IMG/VR virus record: IMGVR_UViG_2693429700_000019
Length of the DNA stretch: 22,217 bases
Strand: one strand, 5' to 3'
Origin: a virus
Taxonomy: Duplodnaviria; Heunggongvirae; Uroviricota; Caudoviricetes
The position numbers were made by a program, and so were the translations under genes. Numbering within the stretch: the stretch's first letter is position 1; every line of letters starts with the position of its first letter. Below the pieces are notes generated by a model. That model was not told where the DNA came from. It saw only the letters and a program-made list of their open reading frames with translations, and ran no database searches. Of the stretch, positions 1 through 9,666 are shown piece by piece.

Positions 1-149
<149 letters not shown>

Positions 150-156
<7 letters not shown>

Positions 157-1304
157 ACTTCTCCCAAACCAAGGTAATCAAGAACTCCCTGAGTGCTGGT
201 TTTACCAAGAATGGCACGTCCAACACTTGTCAACGCGGTTAACGCGGCACGATCTGCCCCTGTAAAATATGGGAGTTTATCTGCTGATGTAGCAAGCTCC
301 GCCAGCGCCGTCAGGGTGGCATCCTTCGGTTGCTTACCCGCAAGCGCGTTAGTCATGGTGGTCGCAAAATTCGGGTCATTGCCCAGCGCCGCAGCCAGTT
401 CGTTCAGCGTGTTCAGTGCATCAGGTGACGAATCTACAAGTGCGGCAATCGCGGCCATAACGAAAGCCGTGCTTGCGATCTGGGTACTATTAGTCCCCTG
501 TGGCGCTGTTGGTGTTGTTGGCGTTCCGGTCAGTGCCGGGCTGTTTAATGGTGCTTTCTTGTTCGTTTCATCCATTACCGCCTTAACAGCTTTTGGTGTC
601 GCTGCCAGTGTTTCAGACGTGCTGTTCGTGGCGCTACTGAGCTGAACAATCCCTTTTTGTGTAGTGGTGGCGTTCTGGGCGGTATATTTCTCGTTAGCCA
701 GGTCATATGCAGCCTTAACCGCTTTCGGTGTTGCGGCCAGTGTTTCTGATTCACTGTTAATTGCACTGCTTAACTGAGTAAAACCTTTTACGGTCAGCGA
801 GGCGTCCGGGTGACGTCGTGACTGTTCGTGCTCTGATATTTTATCATCCACATATTTGCGGGTTGCCAGAACCACAGACGGGTCGATTTTCAGCGTGATG
901 GCTTCGGTGTTCGTGACAACCAGAATCATGCGGATAGTCTGGGTGCGTCCACTGCCTTCCTGCAACTGCGGTTTGTACGTTTCCGGGCAGTTTGCCACCG
1001 CAATGAGTACACCTTCATCATCATAAAGACCAATCTCACGGATCCAGAATCCTCCCTCGTTTTCAGGGATGATTTGCTCCGCAATAATCTGGCTCTGATT
1101 GTTAGGGTCAACACTCAGAAGATTCAGCGGTGCAATGCGTTTCTGGTTAATCAGTTTTGTTTGTGCAGGGTCTGGTGTTGGTAACACACCATTTGCATCA
1201 CCAACGGCCATTTGCGTCAGATTCAGCTTACTGCCGAGCATCGTCGCGTTAGCCAGTCGTGCCGCGCCCTGATTAGTCAGAATGGCGTAGTATTTCACTG
1301 TCAT
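150..1304 (-). CDS. H: Phage tail fibre protein, P2 gpH-like N-terminal conserved region only (384 aa); C-terminal receptor-binding part absent
   Basis: Translation MTVKYY..MAVGDANGVLPTPD..GGFWIREIGLYDDEGVLIAVAN..EHEQSRRHPDASLT..LSSATNSTSETLAATPKAVK..DYLGLGE matches the P2 H N-terminal shoulder as I recall it. P2 H is much longer; here the ORF stops directly at the REP element. ATGA coupling with gene I at 1301-1304. Confidence 0.85.
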
Positions 1305-1909
1305 GCGTTTACTCTCAGATTATCAATTAAATGAATGGCTGGGGCAGGGAAATAATCCCCTTCGACAATAATGGACTCCGGGGTGTAGGGATAAACCGTC
1401 AGGGCATCGCCGTGATAGCATCCCGTACCAACGAAAATCTTTCCGTTCACACTCAGGCTGATCGCCAGCCCCGTCAGATGGCGACTTACTGGTTTTGCAT
1501 CCGCAATAAGGCGCTCAAGTTCCTGATACATTTCATCGGTGATGCCCTGATCAAGTACTCCGACAACAATGCGAAATGTTCCCGGCTCCTCGTTGAGTTG
1601 CCACCACTCCTTTACTTCAATCAGGTAGCCGAGAGGCTCCACGGCTCTTCGCAGTGCGCTGATGGTCCCTTTGTGTCGGTGTATCAGCCATGCATCACGA
1701 ATCACCTGTCGCTTTGTCTCTTCCGGCCAGTTGCGATCCCAGCGGTCAACGGAAAACGCCCAGGCGAGATAAGGCAGCAGATGCACCGGGCAGGTGTCCG
1801 GCGACCACAGTGTGTTGAGGTCTACCGGAATGTCTGTAATGCGTGTTCCGACGGCTTCGGCACAACGCATGAAATTGCTGGCTGATGGTGGTAACAACGA
1901 ATTACTCAT
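1301..1909 (-). CDS. I: Baseplate/tail protein gpI
   Basis: Translation from the internal Met (MSNSLLPP..) contains WSPDTCPVHLLPYLAWAFSVDRWD..VIRDAWLIHRHKGTISALRRAVEPLGY..ERLIADAKPVSRHL, as in P2 gpI. Start sits 4 nt after the J stop. Confidence 0.85.
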   Translation of the reverse strand: MSNSLLPPSASNFMRCAEAVGTRITDIPVDLNTLWSPDTCPVHLLPYLAWAFSVDRWDRNWPEETKRQVIRDAWLIHRHKGTISALRRAVEPLGYLIEVKEWWQLNEEPGTFRIVVGVLDQGITDEMYQELERLIADAKPVSRHLTGLAISLSVNGKIFVGTGCYHGDALTVYPYTPESIIVEGDYFPAPAIHLIDNLRVNA

Positions 1910-2798
1910 TGCGTCCACCTTCGCTGATGGTGAATGACTCACAGCGCGCCGCCTGTATGTCGCTGATGGCCATATTCTGTGTGGGTTCGATTATCTCCAC
2001 GCGTTGCACACCGTGCACATGCAGTGCGGCAGCAATGGCGGACAACGCCACGTCCTGACCGATAAGCCCCTGCTCAGCCAGCCACTTCCTGAACGACGAT
2101 TCAGCCGCGGCCAGAATAGGTTCGGATTCCGGGCCGGGGTAAAAGTACAGTTTTGCATTCAGCCGCCATGTCACGATTCTGGCGCTCTGTACGGTCAGGC
2201 GGTCGGCCACCGGGCGGGTATCCTCTGCATTCAGAACGGCGCGAACGGTATTAAGCAACGCCTCCGTTGCTGTGCCGTCGCCTTCAGTGGACAGGATGGA
2301 AACCGTCACACAGGCCGGAGACGGGCTGATGGCCCGCGCATCACGCACCAGACCGCTGGCGCTGCGTGCAAAATACTCGTATGCACCTGACGGGCCAGCA
2401 ACACTCAGGCCGTCATACGCCCGTTGCGCCCGCAATCTCAGCGAGGTGTCGCTCTCCATCACCGCGTCGGTGGTATCCGTTGCCGGAGTGATAACCAGGC
2501 GCTTTGTGTTCATATTGCCCGCGAGGTTGTCCTGGTTTGTCCCTGAACCGTGGCTTAACATGCAGGCGCGTGCGCCCTCGTTAACCCGCTGGCGTAACAG
2601 CATTTCACGAAAAGACATGGTTTGAGCGATAACGTTCAGGGGTTCCGACTCCAGCTCCAGCGCGGCGGAGACGGCTTCACGCTGTTCGGCAGGATAGGAC
2701 GCAATCATCATGGCCTTTGTGTCAGCCAGAATTGCCTCAAAATCAGGCTCCGCGATGATGGCGGGTTCCGGTAACTGGGAAAGGTCAACAGCAGGCAT
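1902..2798 (-). CDS. J: Baseplate assembly protein gpJ
   Basis: 298-aa ORF, size and position (between W and I) as in P2 J; typical baseplate J-family translation. Confidence 0.8.
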   Translation of the reverse strand: MPAVDLSQLPEPAIIAEPDFEAILADTKAMMIASYPAEQREAVSAALELESEPLNVIAQTMSFREMLLRQRVNEGARACMLSHGSGTNQDNLAGNMNTKRLVITPATDTTDAVMESDTSLRLRAQRAYDGLSVAGPSGAYEYFARSASGLVRDARAISPSPACVTVSILSTEGDGTATEALLNTVRAVLNAEDTRPVADRLTVQSARIVTWRLNAKLYFYPGPESEPILAAAESSFRKWLAEQGLIGQDVALSAIAAALHVHGVQRVEIIEPTQNMAISDIQAARCESFTISEGGRNE

Positions 2799-2801
2799 GA
2801 T

Positions 2802-3152
2802 TTACTCTCTCAGCGTGATGGTTAATTCAACATTCTGCATGGTCTGCATGACAGTGCCCGACAGCGTCACCCCGGCGCGGCCTCCTGCCTTCCAGACAAC
2901 GTCGATGGCGTCCAGGGCAATGCGGGGTTCCCATCGTGTCAGCGCAATCACGGCAGCACTCATGCATTGCAGACGCGTGGTGTTATTCATGGGTTCGTCA
3001 ATCAAATCAGGCACAAGGCTGCCATATTCCCGTCGCATAACCCGGCTGGCCAGCGGGGTGGTCAGGATGTCCCTGACTGACTGTTTCAGGTGCTCCATAT
3101 CGTTCAGGTTTCCCGTTCCGTCCGGGTTCATTCCTGTGTAGCGGGTTGTCAC
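2802..3152 (-). CDS. W: Baseplate protein gpW (GPW/gp25 family)
   Basis: 116 aa; position between V and J; 4-nt overlap with V (3149-3152). Confidence 0.8.
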   Translation of the reverse strand: MTTRYTGMNPDGTGNLNDMEHLKQSVRDILTTPLASRVMRREYGSLVPDLIDEPMNNTTRLQCMSAAVIALTRWEPRIALDAIDVVWKAGGRAGVTLSGTVMQTMQNVELTITLRE

Positions 3153-3730
3153 TGCGGGCCTCCTGTCGAATCGCTGCCACCTTTAACGCCACCGTGCTTA
3201 TGCGTATGCACTGTGATGCCGTTTGAGGTGAAATCGCCGCCGCTGTGCGTGATATTGCCGCTCATCTTTCCCCCTTTTGTGACGTCAAGCGTCGCTGTTC
3301 TCAGAAGGTTTGTGCATTCCACGACGGGCGTATCCAGTGTCACGCTGACGGATGCCTGCAGGGTGGCTGTTTTCATGCCGCTGGCGCTCAGTGCGCCAGC
3401 GTCTGCGTCGTAGCGGAACACCGCGCCATCCGGCGCGCTGACCACGATTTCTTTCAGGCTTTTGCCGGGGGCCGGACTGGCATCACTCCACAGGCTGCCA
3501 ATTATCATGGCGGTTTCCGGGTTGCCGCCAATGCAGGCAATTACCACCTGTTCGCCTGGTGATGGCGGCAACCACACATTGAAGGCACCCGCGCGCGTGG
3601 TGTTCCAGCGCAGCCAGCCTGTTTCCAGTTCGCCGCTGCGAACGCGCACGCACCAGGATTCCTCATCAACTTCAGAGATGATCCCGGTGCGGATGATGTT
3701 GCTCAGCAGCCGCATGAGTTCTGCGCTCAC
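3149..3730 (-). CDS. V: Baseplate spike/assembly protein gpV
   Basis: 193 aa, glycine-rich C-terminus (HTHKHGGVKGGSDSTGGPQ) typical of P2 V-type spike; synteny. Confidence 0.8.
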   Translation of the reverse strand: MSAELMRLLSNIIRTGIISEVDEESWCVRVRSGELETGWLRWNTTRAGAFNVWLPPSPGEQVVIACIGGNPETAMIIGSLWSDASPAPGKSLKEIVVSAPDGAVFRYDADAGALSASGMKTATLQASVSVTLDTPVVECTNLLRTATLDVTKGGKMSGNITHSGGDFTSNGITVHTHKHGGVKGGSDSTGGPQ

Positions 3731-4371
3731 CGTACAGCCTCCGCAATCCGGCCCAGCACCGTGTTATAAATCAGGCGTTCATCTGTCTGGCTGATACCCA
3801 GCAGCTCACGTACCGGGTAATCGGTGAAAATGCCCGGCGCAACCTGATCGCGCTCACCGAACTGATGAACGCGTGCAATACGTGCAGCCACGCCGCTGTA
3901 ACCCACCGTCACACCGGAAGCATCTGCACGGGCTTTCAGGTAGCGGGCGGTGCGCAGTTTTACGAACATGGGGACGCGCCTGGTGCTGTCCTGGTTGATG
4001 CGCCGGGTGCGTATTTCCAGAAAACGGTCGATGTCATCCCGGTAAAACGTGCGGATATTGTTTTTATCCTCATCCCACCCGGTAATGGTTCGCCCGTATT
4101 TCCCCGTGTCGTGATGCCAGTTTTTCAGCGTGCGTGCTTCGTTATTCCAGATAAAGCGAATGCGTTCCTGTATCCGGGTTACGCGGCGTCTGCGTGGTGT
4201 CCACGCGGTCCCGTCCGGCGCTTTCTGTGACCGGATACGCGCCTGCTGGGCGCGGCGTAAATTCTGTGCCAGCTTTCTGGCGATGTTATTGATGGCCTGC
4301 TGATTCAGGCTGTCGCGGATGGCCTCAAAGGTTTCATCCACGCGGGTGAATGCCTTATCCATCGCTTTCAC
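3727..4371 (-). CDS. S: Phage virion morphogenesis / tail completion protein (gpS-like)
   Basis: 214 aa basic protein between R and V; synteny with P2 R-S-V. Longer than P2 S, so assignment is by position and general family character. Confidence 0.6.
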   Translation of the reverse strand: MKAMDKAFTRVDETFEAIRDSLNQQAINNIARKLAQNLRRAQQARIRSQKAPDGTAWTPRRRRVTRIQERIRFIWNNEARTLKNWHHDTGKYGRTITGWDEDKNNIRTFYRDDIDRFLEIRTRRINQDSTRRVPMFVKLRTARYLKARADASGVTVGYSGVAARIARVHQFGERDQVAPGIFTDYPVRELLGISQTDERLIYNTVLGRIAEAVR

Positions 4372-4822
4372 CCCACGTCACATCCTGGAATACATGCGAC
4401 CAGTCGCCTTCGGAAGATGGCAGGCGGGGTTTTGGCTCCGGCAGGTGTTCTGCCTGCGGTGTGCCCTGACTGCTGCGCGTGATGCGAACGCGTTCCCGCA
4501 GGGGGAGCGTAAACAGGAGATCGGCGCTGTCATCGTCATTAATAACGGCGGAGAATTTGATGTCCTGATTACGCTCAGGGTTGAGCAACAACTGTGGCTG
4601 ATTTTTGGATAACCACGCCAGCAGCGGCAGCGTGAGGTCGTCCAGCTCCCCGGCGTAATCCATGACAAACATCACCATCTGATAGCGGTAAACAAACGAT
4701 GGGGTTTCTCCTGTCGTTTCAATGTTGCCGCTCTCCACGAAAATGGTGAATTTTTCCGGGTTGGCCTGACACCATCGGCATGAACGGGTCATGGCTTCAC
4801 GCAGGGAATCAGTTTTCAGCAT
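4355..4822 (-). CDS. R: Tail completion protein gpR
   Basis: 155 aa (same size as P2 R); sits immediately after the lysis cassette as in P2. Confidence 0.7.
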   Translation of the reverse strand: MLKTDSLREAMTRSCRWCQANPEKFTIFVESGNIETTGETPSFVYRYQMVMFVMDYAGELDDLTLPLLAWLSKNQPQLLLNPERNQDIKFSAVINDDDSADLLFTLPLRERVRITRSSQGTPQAEHLPEPKPRLPSSEGDWSHVFQDVTWGESDG

Positions 4823-5129
4823 GGTTGTTGTCCTCGTTGTTCAGTCGTTGCAGCCTGCGCTGTTCCAGTAATTCAATGGCCCGTTTATCCGCGTTACAGG
4901 TTTCCAGTGCATCCAGAAGGCGGTCGCCCCATATACCGAGATTTCCCCATGTGGGAGTGTCAGGGAAGGGGGGAGGCGTTACCGGTATGGTCAGCGTCTG
5001 CGGTATAAGCCGGACTGACGGCGCTGGCCGTGGCGCGTTCTGCGTGCCTGCGCAACCTGTCAGTAAAACGAGCGTCAGGCAAAGCGTGGGCGCATTCATC
5101 TTTTGCAATATCGTTGCGTAGCTGTTCAC
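4809..5129 (-). CDS. lysC: o-spanin (Rz1/LysC-like outer-membrane lipoprotein), overlapping lysB in another frame
   Basis: Translation has signal peptide plus lipobox (..LCLTLVLLTGCAG..) followed by Pro-rich segment; overlaps the 3' part of the i-spanin gene out of frame. True start may be the internal Met near 5099. Confidence 0.7.
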   Translation of the reverse strand: MNSYATILQKMNAPTLCLTLVLLTGCAGTQNAPRPAPSVRLIPQTLTIPVTPPPFPDTPTWGNLGIWGDRLLDALETCNADKRAIELLEQRRLQRLNNEDNNHAEN

Positions 5130-5367
5130 GTCTTACCTCTCCGTCCTGATTGCGTTGCTGATTTTCCACGCGGAGTTGCGCCAGCACCTGCTGCATATCC
5201 TGTACCCCGGCGCTGATGATATTCAGGGTGTCGGCGGTACTTTTCAGGGCGCTGGCCTGCGCTTCGTTTCTGGCGTTCTCCCGGCCCAGCGACCACGACA
5301 GACGCATGGATGTTCCCCATGCGGCAATCAGAAGGAAAGCGACGCCCAGCGTGTGCCAGAGCTTCAT
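4960..5367 (-). CDS. lysB: i-spanin (Rz/LysB-like)
   Basis: From Met MKLWHTLGVAFLLIAAWG.. : N-terminal TM helix then coiled-coil-like charged region. ATGA overlap with endolysin stop (5364-5367). Confidence 0.7.
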   Translation of the reverse strand: MKLWHTLGVAFLLIAAWGTSMRLSWSLGRENARNEAQASALKSTADTLNIISAGVQDMQQVLAQLRVENQQRNQDGEVRREQLRNDIAKDECAHALPDARFTDRLRRHAERATASAVSPAYTADADHTGNASPLP

Positions 5368-5756
5368 GCCGGATAGGCTCCGTGTGGTAACTGAAAATGC
5401 GGTCCGTCTTTCAGGGTCTTCCAGTCGCCGCCCCATTCCACCGGAATATTCAGTTCCCGGCTGGCCTGTCTGAATGCTGCTGCGATTTTTTCGTACAGTG
5501 GCCATTCCCATGACACCTGGCTGCCGATATAAGCCACAACATCCACGGCATGCCCCGTAAGGTGGCGGCTGTTCATGGTCTGGCTCTTACCCGTGGCCAC
5601 AAGTTGCTTCTGGCGGTAACGGCTGCGCAACCCTTCGGTGATACCAAAATCCACTTCCGAGATTTCCAGTGCCCGTCGGGTCACTTTCACCAGATCAGGA
5701 TTTACGCCCTGCAAATTCTTTTCGCTCCGGCTGCTGAATTTAAATGTGTTGCTCAT
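5364..5756 (-). CDS. Endolysin, peptidase M15 family (zinc D-Ala-D-Ala carboxypeptidase / L-Ala-D-Glu peptidase fold)
   Basis: 130 aa with SRHLTGHAVD ... DGPHFQL, the His/Asp zinc-ligand pattern of M15 peptidases. It occupies the P2 K position but is not a lysozyme-type enzyme. Confidence 0.75.
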   Translation of the reverse strand: MSNTFKFSSRSEKNLQGVNPDLVKVTRRALEISEVDFGITEGLRSRYRQKQLVATGKSQTMNSRHLTGHAVDVVAYIGSQVSWEWPLYEKIAAAFRQASRELNIPVEWGGDWKTLKDGPHFQLPHGAYPA

Positions 5757-6076
5757 TCGTCCTTCTCCTTCACCCTGCGATTAAAGGCTGCAATAACCTT
5801 GTCGCGTGCTTTCTCTGCGCCCATAAAACCGATTGATGCGCCGATAAACGTCACGGCATCTTCAGGAAAACCGAAGAAGCGCAACGACCCGGCCACGGCC
5901 ATGGCCAGAACGCCGCACGCCAGCGATCCCGTTACGGTCTGAACCAGTGTTCGTCCGTCATAAAGACTCATCAGCGCGGAAATGCTGACCGCCGCGCCTA
6001 CTGCATACACCGTTGGCAGGTGGTCAAAGAGCCACGCAATAACCTGCTCTGTGATCCCTGTTTGAATGGTGCTCAC
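5753..6076 (-). CDS. Holin (class I-like, three predicted TM segments), probable GTG start
   Basis: In-frame with ORF 5753..6295 but that overlaps gene X. A GTG at 6076 preceded by gggggag (SD) gives ~107 aa with hydrophobic stretches IAWLFDHLPTVYAVGAAVSISALMSLY / VTGSLACGVLAMAVAGSLRFF / AVTFIGASIGFMGA and a charged C-terminus. Confidence 0.65.
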   Translation of the reverse strand: MSTIQTGITEQVIAWLFDHLPTVYAVGAAVSISALMSLYDGRTLVQTVTGSLACGVLAMAVAGSLRFFGFPEDAVTFIGASIGFMGAEKARDKVIAAFNRRVKEKDE

Positions 6077-6078
6077 TG

Positions 6079-6279
6079 CTACTCCCCCCACAACTGAATC
6101 ATTTCTCGTTTCTTCTTCTCCGGCTCCGGCATCTCCACTTCCTGCCCGGCGTCCAGAAATACCTGCTGACAGAGTCCGGGGTTGGCATCCAGCACCTTTT
6201 CGGTGACGCCCTGCGTCGTGCCGTAGTACCGGAAACAGAGCGAATCCACGGTGTCGCCTTCCAGTGCCTTCACTTTCAT
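6079..6279 (-). CDS. X: Tail protein gpX
   Basis: From Met MKVKALEGDTVDSLCFRYYGTTQGVTEKVLDANPGL.., closely resembling P2 gpX (LysM-like). Shares one nucleotide with the L stop. Confidence 0.85.
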   Translation of the reverse strand: MKVKALEGDTVDSLCFRYYGTTQGVTEKVLDANPGLCQQVFLDAGQEVEMPEPEKKKREMIQLWGE

Positions 6280-6833
6280 CAGCACAACTCCGCAAAGATT
6301 CGCGGGCGGCACAGAATGTCAGAGATGGCCCAGCTCACATCGCGCCACAAATCCGATGTCTGTATATCCAGTGCATCCGCCCGGCGGTCGCCCTTGTCCG
6401 TTGTGTCCGCATCGCGGTAACGCTCCAGAATCAGGGCGCGTGTGGCGGTATAAACAGCATTGCGCCAGAGCCAGAGATTGACGCTTTCTCCGTTAATTAC
6501 GGGGGCCGGAACATCGGCCAGCGTCTGATGGCCAGCCGCCTGCTGTTCCTGCTGCCACGCTTCCAGCTCGCGGGTAACGTGTGCCACGGCCCCGGTGGCG
6601 GTATGCAGCAGGCGGGAGGTGGTCACACGGCCCGGCAGTCGTATCGCCAGACGCAGCTCACGCAGCACAATATCCGGCCAGAATGCACCCGCTGAAATAC
6701 GGGTATCACCATCATCGGTATCGGTGATGTCGTCCTCTGCGGGGCCGGGGTTGGTTCTGGCAACCATGCTCATGGGATTCACTCCTGAAAAAATCGGGCG
6801 GTGGGTGCGCGGTGTAAACGGCCACGGAGTCAA
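6279..6833 (-). CDS. L: Head completion/stabilisation protein gpL (start uncertain: 6833 or internal Met near 6773)
   Basis: Position between M and X; size near P2 L. Confidence 0.7.
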   Translation of the reverse strand: MTPWPFTPRTHRPIFSGVNPMSMVARTNPGPAEDDITDTDDGDTRISAGAFWPDIVLRELRLAIRLPGRVTTSRLLHTATGAVAHVTRELEAWQQEQQAAGHQTLADVPAPVINGESVNLWLWRNAVYTATRALILERYRDADTTDKGDRRADALDIQTSDLWRDVSWAISDILCRPRIFAELC

Positions 6834-6874
6834 ACCGGAACACCGCGCACGCCGCCCGCTGACGGGGTCAGTCG

Positions 6875-7675
6875 TTAACCGCGCTTCGCCTTCTGCGTCG
6901 CGGTGGTTTTTCGTGTTGCAGGCTTCCGCGTTGTCTTTTTACTTTTGCTGCTTTCGTCCTGCGCCTGCTGTGCGCTGGCGTCTTCTGATGCGGCTGCGGA
7001 ATCGGCTTTTTTCAGGGCGCGGGAAAGGGTTGCAATCTCGCGTTTCACACCTGCGTTCGGGTTCAGGTGCATCGCTTCGCGCAGCAGCTTCAGTGATAAG
7101 GCCATGTTGTCTGCATCGGTCAGACCACGACGGGCAAAGGCGCACGCCTTGCATAATTTGGCGCGTACTTCGTCCGGCATGTCCTGGTCGGTGACAATCT
7201 TCCGGAGGGTGTCCAGTGGTTCGATAAAGGCGGACAAATCCGCGTCGGCATCCGCCCCGGCCTGCGTCAGTACCGGGTTGCAGATTTCTTCGGTCAGCAC
7301 TGTGGCAGCAGTACGGCCAAAGTTATCCGGCATAATGAGGTTATGACGGACCACATACGCACCAATACGCAACGCCAGCGGAAGATCGCCGCAGTCAATC
7401 GCCCACACCATCAGCGTGGCAATCACTTCATCCTGCTGCCCGCCGTCAGCCTCCAGCGTTCCCTCAATCCAGCCGGAAAAATCCGGCAACAACTCTTTTT
7501 TGATGGCGGCTTTCGCGCTTCTGGCCTGTACGCCCTTAAGCCGGGCCTGTGCCAGACGCAGACGATACAGCACCTCTTCATGCGCGGTACGCGCGGCGTG
7601 GTCCACGCCTTCATTCGCCCGGCCTGCGCGCTGTGCCATCACGTTCTGCCAGTGTTGCTGTGCAGGAGTAATCAT
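6875..7675 (-). CDS. M: Terminase small/endonuclease subunit gpM
   Basis: 266 aa, basic Lys/Arg-rich C-terminus; synteny O-N-M-L as in P2. Confidence 0.8.
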   Translation of the reverse strand: MITPAQQHWQNVMAQRAGRANEGVDHAARTAHEEVLYRLRLAQARLKGVQARSAKAAIKKELLPDFSGWIEGTLEADGGQQDEVIATLMVWAIDCGDLPLALRIGAYVVRHNLIMPDNFGRTAATVLTEEICNPVLTQAGADADADLSAFIEPLDTLRKIVTDQDMPDEVRAKLCKACAFARRGLTDADNMALSLKLLREAMHLNPNAGVKREIATLSRALKKADSAAASEDASAQQAQDESSKSKKTTRKPATRKTTATQKAKRG

Positions 7676-7720
7676 TTGTTCTCTCCGTTACTGGCGGGCA
7701 TGATGCCCGCCGTGAGTTGA

Positions 7721-8773
7721 TTAGCTGTCGGCGAACTTCAGGCCAGTGACCATCGCGCACTTGCCATAGTCTTCAACGACATAAGCGTCATTGATGGACT
7801 GGTAGGTGGCGATGCGGTTGTATTCCGGCTCGTCTTTCATCAGACGACGCATTGAACCTTTCTGCCAGTAAATCGACAGGTTGTTGAACGAGGTGATCAG
7901 CATCGTTGCATCCGGGAAGAACGGCGCAAGGAACACACCCAGCCCGCCAATGGTGCGCGATGACAGGATGAGCTGTCCGGCGAGTAATTCCGCATTGGGA
8001 TTCTGGCCGCTGATGCTGTTCAGCACGGGCAGACGCAGCGAGTTAAACAGGTTGCGCCCCATAATCACCACGAGGTCGTCAGCTTCCTTGTGCCATTCAT
8101 CCAGCAGGGATGAGCGTGCGTCCTGAACCAGTGCATCAGCGTTCGCATACTTACCCGCGTGCGCCACGGTGTTGTCCATGTTGCGGGAGGTCAGCGTCAC
8201 GTCATTCATTACGCGCGCGCTGGCATTGGTTCTGATGTGCTCCAGCCACCCCACGTTAACGTCCTGAAGCAGCTTGTTGGTGCTGAAGTTGGATTTTTCC
8301 GCGTGTGACGTGCCGTTAAAGCCGATCATGATGCGGTCAAGCGCCACCTGTCGGGCAATCTGTGCGCTGATGCGGGTCTGGAAGTCATTGTGCGCCGCCC
8401 AGGCATCAAGCTGCGGATACGAAATAAACGTGTCGTAGTTCACCTGCTCACACTGGTACTGACGGGACTTCAGGTCGACAGCGTTAATCGGGTTGCGGCG
8501 ATCTGTGCCGTCATAACTGGTATTTGTGCGCGCAATCGGCCCGGTGGTGTCCATGAGGACTTTTTCGCCTTTCTGGTCGGTCACACCGATCACGTTAATT
8601 TTTTTTGTAAGTTCGGTGCTATCCTTTGAGGCGTTTTCAAAACGCTGCTGCACCGAGGGTTCCACGGTAAATCGCGATACCAGCCCAGAAACCGGGATAT
8701 TGTTAATCGACGCCTGTCGCGTCATGTAGCAGCCCAGCTTGTTACGGGCATTATCTGACATCACCAGATTCAT
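7721..8773 (-). CDS. N: Major capsid protein gpN
   Basis: 350 aa (P2 N is similar in size); follows scaffold gene with SD-like aaggagcaaa upstream. Confidence 0.85.
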   Translation of the reverse strand: MNLVMSDNARNKLGCYMTRQASINNIPVSGLVSRFTVEPSVQQRFENASKDSTELTKKINVIGVTDQKGEKVLMDTTGPIARTNTSYDGTDRRNPINAVDLKSRQYQCEQVNYDTFISYPQLDAWAAHNDFQTRISAQIARQVALDRIMIGFNGTSHAEKSNFSTNKLLQDVNVGWLEHIRTNASARVMNDVTLTSRNMDNTVAHAGKYANADALVQDARSSLLDEWHKEADDLVVIMGRNLFNSLRLPVLNSISGQNPNAELLAGQLILSSRTIGGLGVFLAPFFPDATMLITSFNNLSIYWQKGSMRRLMKDEPEYNRIATYQSINDAYVVEDYGKCAMVTGLKFADS

Positions 8774-8796
8774 AAAAAATTTGCTCCTTTGTCTTA

Positions 8797-9666
8797 TCAG
8801 AAGTCAGCCAGCTGGTCGGAGGCTGCGCCCGTTGCGGTGAACCGGTTCTGCGGATCGCCGTCCTGCGTGCGCAGCTTTTCCTTCAGTGCTGTCAGCTCTG
8901 TGGTCAGCGAAGTGATTTTCTGGCTGTCCTGCTGATGGCGGGTTTCCAGTGCATTAAAACGGTCGATAATATCGGCCTGTGACGTTGCGACACCTTCCAC
9001 CGCTTCCTGAATACGGGAGAAACTGGCGTCATCCGCTTTGCGGCCACGGCCAATAATCCCCATAACGCGGTTAAACCACTGGGTGCCTTCTTCCTGACGT
9101 TGTTCGGTGAGTTCGATAAGTTCTGACTCCATAGCGGCGGTGAACATCGCCACGTCTCCCTGCTGACAGTTGAATGTCATCAGTTGCATACGTTGTTGTG
9201 CCGCAAAGGCCAGACGTTCCGTGCCCAGGCTGGCGGGGGTGTCGGTCATTGCCAGCCCGCGCAGGTAAGGGCCTCCCGTGATGGTTGACTGTGGTTCCAG
9301 CTCAATACTGGAGTAAATTTTTTTACCATCGTTAAGCAGGGACATCATGCGAGCGGTCGGCTCAATTTCGGCATACAGTGCCGTGCGGCCTGCCAGCGGG
9401 CCATCGGTTATGTCTTCGGTGCTCAACCCCACAACATCGCCCATAGCGGAAAACTCGCTACCGGGGAGTGGTGACAGGATGTGCTCAATATTCACACGTG
9501 CACCATAAACGGACGGGTTATAACTGGTGGCGGCAGCTTTCAGCATGTCGCCGTTGATTTCGCGCCCGTCTGCCGTCACACCGGAGACAGCCACGCGAAA
9601 CTTTTTGCGGGATGTCTTTTTTTCATTAGTCATAGTTTTTGCCCCTCTGACTGGTTCTTCAGTCAT
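8797..9666 (-). CDS. O: Capsid scaffolding protein gpO (start 9666 or Met at ~9633)
   Basis: N-terminal ..KKFRVAVSGVTADGREI.. resembles the P2 gpO N-terminus; 289 aa; first gene of the leftward late operon. Confidence 0.85.
   Translation of the reverse strand: MTEEPVRGAKTMTNEKKTSRKKFRVAVSGVTADGREINGDMLKAAATSYNPSVYGARVNIEHILSPLPGSEFSAMGDVVGLSTEDITDGPLAGRTALYAEIEPTARMMSLLNDGKKIYSSIELEPQSTITGGPYLRGLAMTDTPASLGTERLAFAAQQRMQLMTFNCQQGDVAMFTAAMESELIELTEQRQEEGTQWFNRVMGIIGRGRKADDASFSRIQEAVEGVATSQADIIDRFNALETRHQQDSQKITSLTTELTALKEKLRTQDGDPQNRFTATGAASDQLADF

Noticed and set aside
193-645. 150-aa plus-strand ORF (Ala/Ser/Val-rich)
   Set aside because: Antisense to the well-supported tail-fibre gene; composition reflects the complementary strand of a Thr/Ala/Ser-rich fibre sequence.
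5126-5320. 64-aa minus-strand ORF (Arg/Gly-rich)
   Set aside because: Overlaps the i-spanin gene in another frame with no lipobox or TM character; unlike the lysC frame it has no family-typical features.
6595-7194. 199-aa plus-strand ORF and other plus-strand ORFs across 2000-8700
   Set aside because: All are antisense to syntenic, well-supported late morphogenesis genes and have Arg/Ser/Cys-rich low-complexity translations.
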